This document shows positions 36,903 to 45,713 of a DNA stretch of 64,000 bases, in pieces. How positions within the stretch are numbered: the stretch's first letter is position 1; every line of letters begins with the position of its first letter. The DNA comes from a virus (Duplodnaviria > Caudoviricetes), in IMG/VR virus record IMGVR_UViG_2667527228_000001, positions 23,736-87,735 of that record. One strand, 5' to 3'. The notes under the pieces were generated by a model. The model saw only the letters and a list, made by a program, of their open reading frames with translations. It was not told where the DNA came from and did no database searches. The position numbers and the translations under genes are program-made.

Positions 36903-37111
36903 TGGATATTCAGCGACTCGCTGCACCCGCGTCATCGAACTACCGCTACGCGGTGTTTTGCTGCTCATTCAAATGGGAGCTGGGAAGTACCCCGGACCAT
37001 GCAATGGCTTTGTTTGCCGACGAGGCCATGGCCAGGCGGTACGGCGCGTTGATGTGGCCCTCAACCTTCGAGGTGGTGGATCGTTTTGCCCTGGCGGAGA
37101 TGAAGGATTGA
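36902..37111 (+). CDS. Small phage hypothetical protein
   Basis: TGATG coupling to dnaB; YRYAVF...MWPSTFEVVD. Confidence 0.65.
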   Translation: MDIQRLAAPASSNYRYAVFCCSFKWELGSTPDHAMALFADEAMARRYGALMWPSTFEVVDRFALAEMKD

Positions 37112-38403
37112 GCGCCCTGATCAAGACCTTGACCGTAAAGCTGTCCGACGCCGAAATTCTGCGTAACGCCAAGCTAGAGCATGTGCGCGATCTGCGCGAT
37201 GCCAGTCATCCCGCGCTGCACTTTCGCTTCGCGAAGAATCGCACGCACGGGTCGTGGTACCTGCTTAACAAGCGGCAGTGGCACCGCATCGGCGCCTTTC
37301 CCGCACTGTCCACCAAGCAAGTCATTGCGGCCCTGCCGGCGGTGCGTCTGCGGGTCGCGGCTGATGGTGCTGCCAGCGTTTCGGGTTGGGTGACCGTCGG
37401 CGAGTTGCTGGACTGGTTTGCCGATCGCATGGCCCGTTCGCGTGCGCTCTCGACCAAACGGCGCTCGGCCGGCAAGTCGGCAATCAGCTGCCAGCTCAAG
37501 CCGCGTCTGGATGATTTGCTGCTTCGCGACGTGAATGCCCAGACCCTAGACCAGCTGCTGATGTGGCCGGCACAAGAAGAGTTGTCACTGTCCTACGTCC
37601 AGCAGCTCTACCGACTGCTCGCGGTGGCCTTTCGTCAGGCCCGTAAATTGGACCTGATCCCGGTCAACCCGATGGCCGAGCTCAAGTTCATCAACTTCAC
37701 GACGGCCCGCATCCTGCCAAAGCCGGCACGTCTGCGCGATGTTCAGTTGCCCGAGTTGGTCGAGCAACTGACCGAGCAGTTTGACCGTTCGCCAGCTGAC
37801 GCGATGCTGGCCCTGATGATGCTCTGCCACGGCACTCGCATCGGAGAAACCCGACAGGCACGTTGGGCCGATATCGCGTTGGCCGAGCGTGAGTGGTTCC
37901 TGCCGGCCGATCACACGAAGAGCAAAGCCGAGCTCCGGGTGCCGCTGACCGACCAGGTGTGCGCATTGTTGCGCCGGTACCGGGATCGCCAAACAGCCAC
38001 CGGTTACGAAGGTGCATTTCTGTTCCCGTCACGCCGAGGGAAAGCATTGAGCGATAACCAGGCCAGTGCCGTGTTCACCCGATTGGGGCAGGGCGCCTGG
38101 ACCAGTCACGACCTGCGCAAAGTGGCGCGTACTGCCTGGACTGACCTCGGCGTCGACGGCCACATCGGCGAGATGTTGCTGAACCACTCGTTGGGAAAGA
38201 TCGCCTCGACCTACATCAACACCCAGGCCAAAGAACAGCGCCGGTTGGCTTTGGTGAAGTGGCACAACTGGTTAGATGAACGCGGCTTCAAGGCGATCCA
38301 TCAGCAGACAGGCGCTAGATATGAAGATTCGCAAAACCTCGTAGACGCCTTGAATAGCGCGGCCTGCGAGTCACTTCCGCAATTTGTTAAGGGCGAGGTT
38401 TAA
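37108..38403 (+). CDS. Second tyrosine recombinase (integrase-like with arm-binding N-terminus) in the nin region
   Basis: TTG start; HGTRIGE, TK, HDLRK, LNH, STY catalytic set. Confidence 0.88.
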   Translation: MSALIKTLTVKLSDAEILRNAKLEHVRDLRDASHPALHFRFAKNRTHGSWYLLNKRQWHRIGAFPALSTKQVIAALPAVRLRVAADGAASVSGWVTVGELLDWFADRMARSRALSTKRRSAGKSAISCQLKPRLDDLLLRDVNAQTLDQLLMWPAQEELSLSYVQQLYRLLAVAFRQARKLDLIPVNPMAELKFINFTTARILPKPARLRDVQLPELVEQLTEQFDRSPADAMLALMMLCHGTRIGETRQARWADIALAEREWFLPADHTKSKAELRVPLTDQVCALLRRYRDRQTATGYEGAFLFPSRRGKALSDNQASAVFTRLGQGAWTSHDLRKVARTAWTDLGVDGHIGEMLLNHSLGKIASTYINTQAKEQRRLALVKWHNWLDERGFKAIHQQTGARYEDSQNLVDALNSAACESLPQFVKGEV

Positions 38404-38405
38404 AA

Positions 38406-38612
38406 ATGATGATTTTGGTCGATCCCCGCTGCAGGTTGGCGGTGCAGGCAAGCGATATCAGTTCCATGCAGTTGGTTCTGAAGCCTGGCGGAAGCTGTTC
38501 TCTGGTACTTCACATGACGTCCGGCCGTGAGATCGATATCCCGTCCTGGAACGATTCGGGCTTCCTCGACCTGAGCGCCGTTCATGCCAAGATCATGGGA
38601 GCCGGCAAATGA
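38406..38612 (+). CDS. Small phage hypothetical protein
   Basis: RBS GAGG; coupled to next ORF. Confidence 0.55.
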   Translation: MMILVDPRCRLAVQASDISSMQLVLKPGGSCSLVLHMTSGREIDIPSWNDSGFLDLSAVHAKIMGAGK

Positions 38613-38920
38613 AGAAGAACCATGGTCCGGGTTTTGTGCGCTGCTTGATCCCGCTCACCGACTGCCCGTCGTGTGCCGGCAAGGGGATCATCCAAGGCGT
38701 GTTTCATCAGCTCGACTGCATTGGTTGCCATGCCTCCGGCCAGGTCCATGCGGTGACGTTGGAACCGCTGCCGGTGGAAGACCTGGTGGTGCAGTTGGGC
38801 ATGCTGCTGCGTCGGGAGCGTCACCTCGCCACCCTGGCACCGTCGGCGAACGACACCGCCACGCAGTACCAGCAGAACAACAGTCGCGGCGCCGGCCGCT
38901 CGTCTTTCAAGGGGGATTGA
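38609..38920 (+). CDS. Zinc-ribbon phage protein
   Basis: CPSCAGKG...CIGC. Confidence 0.68.
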   Translation: MKKNHGPGFVRCLIPLTDCPSCAGKGIIQGVFHQLDCIGCHASGQVHAVTLEPLPVEDLVVQLGMLLRRERHLATLAPSANDTATQYQQNNSRGAGRSSFKGD

Positions 38921-38923
38921 TTC

Positions 38924-39277
38924 ATGGCGAGAACAAAGAACTTCACCGAGCGGACTGCTGAAGACCTGCTGGAGCATTGGGGTCGCTGGGTCGTGTTGGG
39001 CTCTGGCGTGTCCTGCTGTGCGTCCCGGGAGAACACGCTGCACACTCCGATGATCACCGACGACGACGCGCTGATGATCGATGGTTTGATGGGTCGACTG
39101 CTCAAGCGGTACCCGGAGTGCGGCAACGTGCTGATGAAGTACTACACCGCCCGCGACAAGGCGCTGGTCGATGTCGGCAAGAAACTCGGCTTCGGGGAAG
39201 AGAAAACTCGGCAGCTGTGGAAGGCCGGAATTGCCTGGATCGATGGTGCTTTAGATATTCGTCGCGAAGCTGCTTAA
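38924..39277 (+). CDS. Late antiterminator Q-like protein
   Basis: LEHWGRW, ITDDDALMID, C-terminal HTH; precedes PR'. Confidence 0.82.
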   Translation: MARTKNFTERTAEDLLEHWGRWVVLGSGVSCCASRENTLHTPMITDDDALMIDGLMGRLLKRYPECGNVLMKYYTARDKALVDVGKKLGFGEEKTRQLWKAGIAWIDGALDIRREAA

Positions 39278-39347
39278 CGTCTTTGAGCTATTATCTGAAG
39301 ACTCGATCAATTCACTTTAGTTGGTGGGCTAGATGTCCAATTCCAGC

Positions 39348-39725
39348 ATGGATTCGAAAAAATACAGATGGTGGTTCGCAGGCATCTTTGCCGTTTCTCT
39401 TCTTGTTTTTTTGGCGGGTCAGGTTTGGGAGTTTGCTGCACCGTCGATCCAGTCAGCACCGCCTTCGCACGGTAATAACCAACCCTCGGATGGCATAAGT
39501 GCATTGAACCTTGTGTCCATCGCATCCCTCGCAACTTCGATTGCGTCCTTCTTCGGGTTTCTGATCACGACCCGCATAGCTTGGCGCAAAGAGAGGCGCG
39601 AAGGAGAGTTTGCCGATCTCGATTTAGAAAGGAAGAAGTTGGAGCTTGAGTCACTGCGGCTCGATATGGAAAAAAAACGCAAGGAAGCGTCGTCTCGAAC
39701 TGGAGGGCCGGATATTTCGCCATGA
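39348..39725 (+). CDS. Moron: two-TM protein with charged coiled C-terminus
   Basis: Two hydrophobic segments; lies between Q and PR'. Confidence 0.65.
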   Translation: MDSKKYRWWFAGIFAVSLLVFLAGQVWEFAAPSIQSAPPSHGNNQPSDGISALNLVSIASLATSIASFFGFLITTRIAWRKERREGEFADLDLERKKLELESLRLDMEKKRKEASSRTGGPDISP

Positions 39726-39758
39726 TCCGCTAGTGCAAAAATAGTTCTCAGGTGAGTG

Positions 39759-39787
39759 TTGACACGCCCGGGCCTGATCTATAGATT
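39759..39787 (+). promoter_or_regulatory. Late promoter PR'
   Basis: TTGACA-17 bp-TAGATT followed by a terminator. Confidence 0.78.
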
Positions 39788-39817
39788 TCTCGTTACTTTG
39801 CGGTTTTTCCGCGAGCA

Positions 39818-39845
39818 AAGCCCGACTCTGAAGTTGGGCTTTTTT
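39818..39845 (+). terminator. tR'-like terminator
   Basis: AAGCCCGAC-TCTGAA-GTTGGGCTTTTTT. Confidence 0.82.
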
Positions 39846-39881
39846 GTTTTCTGTGGTTCAGACAACAAGCTGGAGTTTTCA

Positions 39882-40565
39882 GTGACACTGAAGTCGATTT
39901 GGAGAAGGGAGAGTGCCAAGCGTTCCCGATTTGCCAAAGAAAGGGAGCGATGTGATCGTAACTGGCCTTTCCATAAAGAAAGGGCTCGCGCAGTTTTCGA
40001 GGAGCTCACTTCTCTTTCAGATGACTTTCTAATCATCGATCATGAGCAGCAGATGAACGACCAGCGCGACTCGTTTCCGGCGCATTGGGGACAGGACAGC
40101 ATCGCAATCTACGAGATTGCTCGCCTTACTGGTCAGCGAACTGTGTATACGAATGGAACCTCGGTTCACATCGATCACATGCGTGAGAGTGGAGGAGGCT
40201 TAGTAATCCACTATGGTTACGAGACTGCGCTTATCCAGATTTTTCTGGCCCCACCAAAAACTAGTAAGTCATTGATCAAGAAAAATGATGTGCTCATTTT
40301 CTCTGGCTTCAACACTGATGTTTTGACAAGCGATTTTATTAGAACCTTGGTCGCGAAATACTTAATTTTTATTCGAGTAGAAAGTGTTCTCCATAGAAGC
40401 ACCTTCCTCGAAAGCTATCGAGTGCGATTCTGGCGCTTCATTGATGCAAGAAATACGCGGCAGATATTCGACAAGCCGTACATATTTCTGAATCAATGGG
40501 AGCTTTCTCTCGCTGTTGGTTTGTTGGCCGTGATCAGCTTGGTTGTGTCGATTCTAAAGCCTTGA
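39882..40565 (+). CDS. Moron: hypothetical protein with C-terminal TM anchor
   Basis: RBS GGAG, GTG start; AT-rich; ends LAVGLLAVISLVVSILKP. Confidence 0.68.
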   Translation: MTLKSIWRRESAKRSRFAKERERCDRNWPFHKERARAVFEELTSLSDDFLIIDHEQQMNDQRDSFPAHWGQDSIAIYEIARLTGQRTVYTNGTSVHIDHMRESGGGLVIHYGYETALIQIFLAPPKTSKSLIKKNDVLIFSGFNTDVLTSDFIRTLVAKYLIFIRVESVLHRSTFLESYRVRFWRFIDARNTRQIFDKPYIFLNQWELSLAVGLLAVISLVVSILKP

Positions 40566-40580
40566 ACGTTTTTACTTACG

Positions 40581-40607
40581 AAGCCCCGCCATTGTGCGGG
40601 GCTTTTT
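40581..40607 (+). terminator. Terminator after moron
   Basis: AAGCCCCGC-CATTGT-GCGGGGCTTTTT. Confidence 0.82.
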
Positions 40608-40695
40608 CGTTTTCGGCTCCACCACGCCCATCGCTCCGAGCTGGGAGTGCTGTTGGGGCCGACCTATTCAGCTCCCCGAGAGGGAGGAATCCGAG

Positions 40696-41025
40696 ATGCC
40701 TTCGATGCCAGATAAGCCAGACACCTGGGTGATTGCACTCGCTTGGCTGAGCCAGCACTCACCGACGATCTATGCAGCAGCGGCCTCGGCTGTAATGGCT
40801 GCACTGCGGATTATCTACGGCGGCGGCACTCGGCAGCAGGCGTTGCTTGAAGCCACGATTTGCATGCTGTTAACCACCAGCTTGATCGCGGTGTTGGAGT
40901 ACTTCGGATTGCCCTCCAGCCTGGCTACACCAGCAGGCATTTGGACCGGCTTCTTGGGCGTGAAGAAGATCGCCGATATTGCTGACCGATTCACAGACTT
41001 CAAATTGCCAAAGCGGCAGGAGTAA
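40696..41025 (+). CDS. Holin (lambda family)
   Basis: MPDKPDTW...ALRIIYGGG...GFLGVKKI; three TM. Confidence 0.85.
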   Translation: MPSMPDKPDTWVIALAWLSQHSPTIYAAAASAVMAALRIIYGGGTRQQALLEATICMLLTTSLIAVLEYFGLPSSLATPAGIWTGFLGVKKIADIADRFTDFKLPKRQE

Positions 41026-41027
41026 CC

Positions 41028-41240
41028 ATGCGTCTGATCGAAAACTGGAAACAAGCGCTGAGCATGACCAGCGTACAGGCAGGCGGTGCCATCGCAGTGC
41101 TGGGCGTGGCTGAACAGTTGATGCCGTCCTTGCAAGCCGTGCTGCCGCCGATTGCCTATGGTGCGCTGGGCCTGTTGGTGATGATCGCTCGCGTGATCGT
41201 CCAGAAGAAACTTGCCGGTTCCGCCAAGCAGGCGAGCTGA
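41028..41240 (+). CDS. Small two-TM holin-like membrane protein
   Basis: LIENWKQA..SVQ...IARVIVQ. Confidence 0.6.
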   Translation: MRLIENWKQALSMTSVQAGGAIAVLGVAEQLMPSLQAVLPPIAYGALGLLVMIARVIVQKKLAGSAKQAS

Positions 41241-41578
41241 TGGTCAGGCTAAAGACGCTTGGTTCTCGGATCAAAGAAAGTTCGGGCTCCAGGGTCAAAG
41301 TCGTGACTCCAGGCAGTTGGCGGAGCGGGATGACCAGCTCGCAACGTGGCTACGATTACAAGTGGCAGAAGGCGCGAGCGCGATACCTGCGTGACCATCC
41401 GCTGTGCATCTACTGCGAACGGTATGGTCTGACTGCCGCATCCAGCGTGGTCGACCACAAGGTTCCGCATCGAGGCGATCAGGATCTGTTCTGGAACGAG
41501 GACAACTGGCAAGCGCTCTGTAAGACGTGTCACGACTCGGTCAAGCAGGCCGAGGAAGCGGCCGGGCTCGCGGGTTGA
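41240..41578 (+). CDS. HNH endonuclease (HK97 gp74-like packaging cofactor)
   Basis: HPLCIYC...VDHKVPH...NWQALCKTCHD next to terS. Confidence 0.9.
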   Translation: MVRLKTLGSRIKESSGSRVKVVTPGSWRSGMTSSQRGYDYKWQKARARYLRDHPLCIYCERYGLTAASSVVDHKVPHRGDQDLFWNEDNWQALCKTCHDSVKQAEEAAGLAG

Positions 41579-41708
41579 GACGCGCCACCGTGGCCTGACG
41601 CGCTCCTAGGGGCAGGCCAGGGGGGGGTGAAAAACCTGGCTTCGGCCGTGGACTAGACCGCCCTCGACCCCACGCACACATTTTTTCCCAAGCAAGGAAA
41701 AGTTAACC
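41579..41708. other. Probable cos/packaging region
   Basis: Intergenic gap between HNH and terS with G-run; position inferred from HK97-like layout. Confidence 0.45.
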
Positions 41709-42185
41709 ATGGCTTTAACCGACAAAAAGCGACGGTTTGCTGACGCTTTGCAGTCGGGCGCCTCAAAAAAAGATGCCGCAATTGCAGCAGGATATTCAGA
41801 GAAAACCGCGCCGCAAGCGGGCTCCCGGCTCGCGAAGGACCCTGATGTCATCGCTGCTATCTCCCGCAAGACACGAGCGAAGAATGCTACCCCGGCTGAA
41901 GTTAAAGCCGCGGGAAAAGTTAACTCACCTCGTGACGTTGAGACGCCCGAGTCTGGTTTGGATCTGGCCGAGTTCGACGACCCTCGCGACTTCCTCAAGG
42001 CCGTCATGAATCAACAGGAAGTAGAGCCAAGGCTACGGGTTGACGCAGCCAAGGCACTGATGCCCTACATCCACGGCAAGGTTGCCGATCAGGGAAAAAA
42101 AGAAGCTGTTGCCGACGCCGCGAAACAGGCGGGGAAGGGCAGGTACGCACAGGGCAAACCGCCCCTTTCAATCGTCAAGGGGTGA
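41709..42185 (+). CDS. terS: Terminase small subunit
   Basis: AAIAAGYS..TA..GSRL HTH; DAAKALMPYIH. Confidence 0.88.
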   Translation: MALTDKKRRFADALQSGASKKDAAIAAGYSEKTAPQAGSRLAKDPDVIAAISRKTRAKNATPAEVKAAGKVNSPRDVETPESGLDLAEFDDPRDFLKAVMNQQEVEPRLRVDAAKALMPYIHGKVADQGKKEAVADAAKQAGKGRYAQGKPPLSIVKG

Positions 42186-42188
42186 CTT

Positions 42189-43868
42189 ATGCAGTGGACT
42201 ACCGCCTGCCCGGACTGGTGGCGGCGGCTTTCTGTGGGCGAGTCCATCATCCCGCTGCCGCTGTTTCCATCCGAGGCTGAAGAAAGCCTCGAAGTATTCA
42301 AGGGCCTGAAGATTGTCGATGCGCCTGGTAGCCCAACTATTGAGTCTGCATGTGCGCCTTGGGTCCTGGCGTTTGCCGGTGCTGTGTTCGGTAGCTACAA
42401 CAGCGAAACCGGTGAGCGACTGATTCGGGAGTTCATGCTGTGTATCCCGAAGAAGAACAGCAAGTCGACCATCGCGGCAGCGATCATGCTGACCGCCTTG
42501 GTACGCAACTGGCGGCTGTCGGCTGAGTTCATCATCTTGGCCCCGACCAAGGAAATTGCCGATAACGCCTTCGTTCCGGCCAAGGATATGGTCAACAACG
42601 ACGATGAGCTGAAAACCCTCCTGCATGTTCAGCCACACCTGCGGCTCATTACCCATCGCGAAACGGGTGCCACGCTGAAGGTCGTGGCTGCGGACAGCGA
42701 TGTGGTCGGCGGTAAGAAGGCCGTCGGCGTTCTGATTGATGAAACCTGGCTGTTCGGCAAGAACCCGAAAGCAGCGGACATGATCCGCGAGGCAACGGGC
42801 GGTCTGCTGTCCAGGCCGGAAGGCTTCATCATCTGGCTGACGACGCAATCGAACGAACCACCGGCCGGTGTCTTTCGCTCCAAACTGAACTATGCCCGTG
42901 GCGTGCGTGATGGTCGGATCAATGACAACCGTTTCCTGCCGATCATCTACGAATTTTCGCCGGAGATGATCAAAAGCGGCGACGCGCGCAAGCCTGAAAA
43001 CTTCCACCTGGTTAACCCGAACATCAACTATTCGGTCGACCGGCCGACGCTTGAGCGCCTGTTTATGCAGGCGGAGATCGACGGCGAGGCTGAGGTGCGC
43101 GGCTTCCTGGCCAAGCACCTCAACATCGAGATTGGCCTGGCGTTGATGTCCGATAACTGGGTCGGCGCTGAGTTCTGGGAGCCTCAAGCCAAGGAAGGCA
43201 TGAGGCTGGACGACTTGCTCGAGCAATGCGAGGTCATTGTGGTGGGCGGCGATGGCGGTGGTCTGGATGACCTGCTCGGTCTGTCGGCGATCGGTCGAGT
43301 TCGCGAGTCGCGCATTTGGCTGCACTGGGCGCACGCCTGGGCACATCCTTCCGTGCTGGAGCGGCGCAAGTCCGAGGCTCCACGCCTATTGGACCTGCAG
43401 GCCACTGGCGACCTGACCATCGTGGACAAGATCGGCGATGACGTCGATCAGTTCGCCGCCATCGTTGCGCGGATCAATGAGTCTGGATTGCTGGACAAGG
43501 TCGGCCTCGATCCGGCCGGCATCGGTGCCGTGCTGGATGCCCTGGCGGATGTCGGCATCGACGAAGAGCAGATCGTTGGTATCTCGCAGGGCTGGAAGCT
43601 CACCGGAGCAATCAAGACCACCGAACGCCGGCTCGCTGATGGCTCGCTGTTCCATTGCGGACAACCATTGATGGCCTGGGCCTGCGGTAACGCCAAGGGC
43701 GTGCCTTCGGCCAACGCCTTTCTGATTACCAAGCAGGCCTCTGGCACAGCAAAGATCGACCCGCTCATGGCCACCTTCAACGCCGTGTCGCTGATGGCCC
43801 TCAATCCAGAGGCCCGAGGTGGCCTGGACGATTACCTCAATAACGGATTTTTCGGACTAGTAGGCTGA
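42189..43868 (+). CDS. terL: Terminase large subunit
   Basis: IPKKNSKST Walker A variant, LIDE, DGGGLDD, KIDP. Confidence 0.93.
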   Translation: MQWTTACPDWWRRLSVGESIIPLPLFPSEAEESLEVFKGLKIVDAPGSPTIESACAPWVLAFAGAVFGSYNSETGERLIREFMLCIPKKNSKSTIAAAIMLTALVRNWRLSAEFIILAPTKEIADNAFVPAKDMVNNDDELKTLLHVQPHLRLITHRETGATLKVVAADSDVVGGKKAVGVLIDETWLFGKNPKAADMIREATGGLLSRPEGFIIWLTTQSNEPPAGVFRSKLNYARGVRDGRINDNRFLPIIYEFSPEMIKSGDARKPENFHLVNPNINYSVDRPTLERLFMQAEIDGEAEVRGFLAKHLNIEIGLALMSDNWVGAEFWEPQAKEGMRLDDLLEQCEVIVVGGDGGGLDDLLGLSAIGRVRESRIWLHWAHAWAHPSVLERRKSEAPRLLDLQATGDLTIVDKIGDDVDQFAAIVARINESGLLDKVGLDPAGIGAVLDALADVGIDEEQIVGISQGWKLTGAIKTTERRLADGSLFHCGQPLMAWACGNAKGVPSANAFLITKQASGTAKIDPLMATFNAVSLMALNPEARGGLDDYLNNGFFGLVG

Positions 43869-43870
43869 CC

Positions 43871-45085
43871 ATGGCATTCACCTGGTACAACCCGCGCTCA
43901 TGGCGCTTCTTTGGCTACAACGATCCGAACACGGGCGACTACGTCGAAGTTGACCTTGAAGTCGGCGGCAAGCAGACCAAGGCCGGCGTTACCATCACGT
44001 CCAGGACCGCGCTGTCGATCAGCATGGTTTGGTCGTGCGTGAAGATCCTGTCGGAGTCGCTGAGCGGCCTGCCGCTGAAACTTTACGAGGACAAGGATAA
44101 GGGCCGAGCCCTGGTGCCCCGTGGCGATCGGGCGCTGAAGCTGCTGCGCAAGCCAAACCCCTTCATGACCATGTTGAACTTTCTCAAGTTCGTGGTCGTG
44201 AACATGGCGTTACGCGGCAACGCTTTCGCATTGATCGAACGCAACCGGAATGGCGAACCCATTGGGTTGGTACCGCTGAACGGGGACATTGTCACCATCG
44301 ACTCCGACGAGGACCTGATTTACTGGGTTTCGCCTAAGGACCGTGACGGATTCCCGGTGTCGCCAGAGAACATGCTGCATTTCAAGCTGTTCAGTTACGA
44401 CGGCATCGTCGGCCTCTCACCCATTGAACACCAGGCCGAAACAATGGGACTCGCCAAGGCTGGCCAGCAGTGGTCCGCACGCTTCATGCGTAAGGGTGGA
44501 TTCACAGGCGGGTACGTCATCTATGAGCAGTTCCTCACCAAGGCCCAGCAGGTCCAGGTGATGGAGAAATTTCCAGACGTGCGAAAAGGCGATGTCGACG
44601 ACATCGGCAAGATGGCCATCCTTCAGGGCAACCCCAAGATCGTTCCGGCCGGCATCAGTCAGAAGGATGCCCAGTTCATCGAGTCCCAGCAGTTTCAGGA
44701 GGAGGCTTTGGCGGGGATCTATGGCGTACCGCTGTGGTTGGCCAACCGGGCCGGAAAGACCTCGATTATGGGCTCGAACCTCGAGCAGCAGCTTACGGGC
44801 TATATCACCTTCGGTTTGAAGCCATTCATTGATGCCGTCGAAGACGAGCTGAACGACAAAATTTATCGGTCCACCTCTCGCTTCGTTGAGTTCGCCGTCG
44901 AGGGTCTGCTGCGTGCGGATAGCGCAGGGCGCGCTTCCTATTATCAGGCCGCCTTGGGTGGTTCGGGCGGTTCTGGCTGGATGGGTATCAACGAAGTCCG
45001 CGAAAAGGAAAACCTGCCTCCCCTGGAAGGCGAGGAATACAACCGGGTTACCCGATGGGAGATGGAAAAAAATGGCGAGTCTTGA
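43871..45085 (+). CDS. Portal protein (HK97 family)
   Basis: VWSCVKILSE, GNAF, GLSPI, NEVREKENLPP. Confidence 0.93.
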   Translation: MAFTWYNPRSWRFFGYNDPNTGDYVEVDLEVGGKQTKAGVTITSRTALSISMVWSCVKILSESLSGLPLKLYEDKDKGRALVPRGDRALKLLRKPNPFMTMLNFLKFVVVNMALRGNAFALIERNRNGEPIGLVPLNGDIVTIDSDEDLIYWVSPKDRDGFPVSPENMLHFKLFSYDGIVGLSPIEHQAETMGLAKAGQQWSARFMRKGGFTGGYVIYEQFLTKAQQVQVMEKFPDVRKGDVDDIGKMAILQGNPKIVPAGISQKDAQFIESQQFQEEALAGIYGVPLWLANRAGKTSIMGSNLEQQLTGYITFGLKPFIDAVEDELNDKIYRSTSRFVEFAVEGLLRADSAGRASYYQAALGGSGGSGWMGINEVREKENLPPLEGEEYNRVTRWEMEKNGES

Positions 45086-45713
45086 AGTCCCGTTTGAACT
45101 CAAGTCCGTTGATGACGCTGGCAACTTCGAAGGTTACGCGGCGGTTTTCAACAACGTAGACCTGGGCGATGACGTCATCTTGCCGGGTGCCTTTACCCGG
45201 GTGAAAACCACTCGAGGTGGCAAGCTGAAGCTGGCGCTCTATCACGACCTCACTCGGCTGGTTGGGGTGGCTGATTACAGCCAGGACGACCACGGCCTGC
45301 TGGTTAAGGGCAAGGTCAATCTGGCCGTGAGCTATGCACGCGATGCCTACGAGCTCATGAAGGCCGAAATTCTCGACAGCATGTCGATCGGCTTCAACAC
45401 CATCAACGAAGCATTCGAAGAGCGCGCCGGCCGACGTGTTCGAATTATCAAGGAGGCCGAGCTTTGGGAAGCCTCCTTCGTCCCGTTCGGCATGAACCCC
45501 AAGGCGCAAGTACTCAGCGTCAAGTCAGATATCAGGCTTTTCGAGAACGCCCTGCGCGAACGCATGGGCCTCTCGCAAAAGGAAGCGGCGGCAGTCGCTT
45601 CGCTCGGCTACTCCGCACTACGCCGTGACGGCGGCAGTGAGGCCACGGTGATCGTGGATGAGCTGAAAGACATATCCACCTTGTTCACACACCATTTCGG
45701 AGTATCACCATGA
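45072..45713 (+). CDS. Prohead protease (HK97 family)
   Basis: FEGYAAVF, H, SIGF, LWEASFV. Confidence 0.92.
   Translation: MASLEVPFELKSVDDAGNFEGYAAVFNNVDLGDDVILPGAFTRVKTTRGGKLKLALYHDLTRLVGVADYSQDDHGLLVKGKVNLAVSYARDAYELMKAEILDSMSIGFNTINEAFEERAGRRVRIIKEAELWEASFVPFGMNPKAQVLSVKSDIRLFENALRERMGLSQKEAAAVASLGYSALRRDGGSEATVIVDELKDISTLFTHHFGVSP

Noticed and set aside
36712-37107. 563-aa version of the second recombinase
   Set aside because: Extension overlaps dnaB and the 36902..37111 ORF; TTG 37108 fits operon coupling
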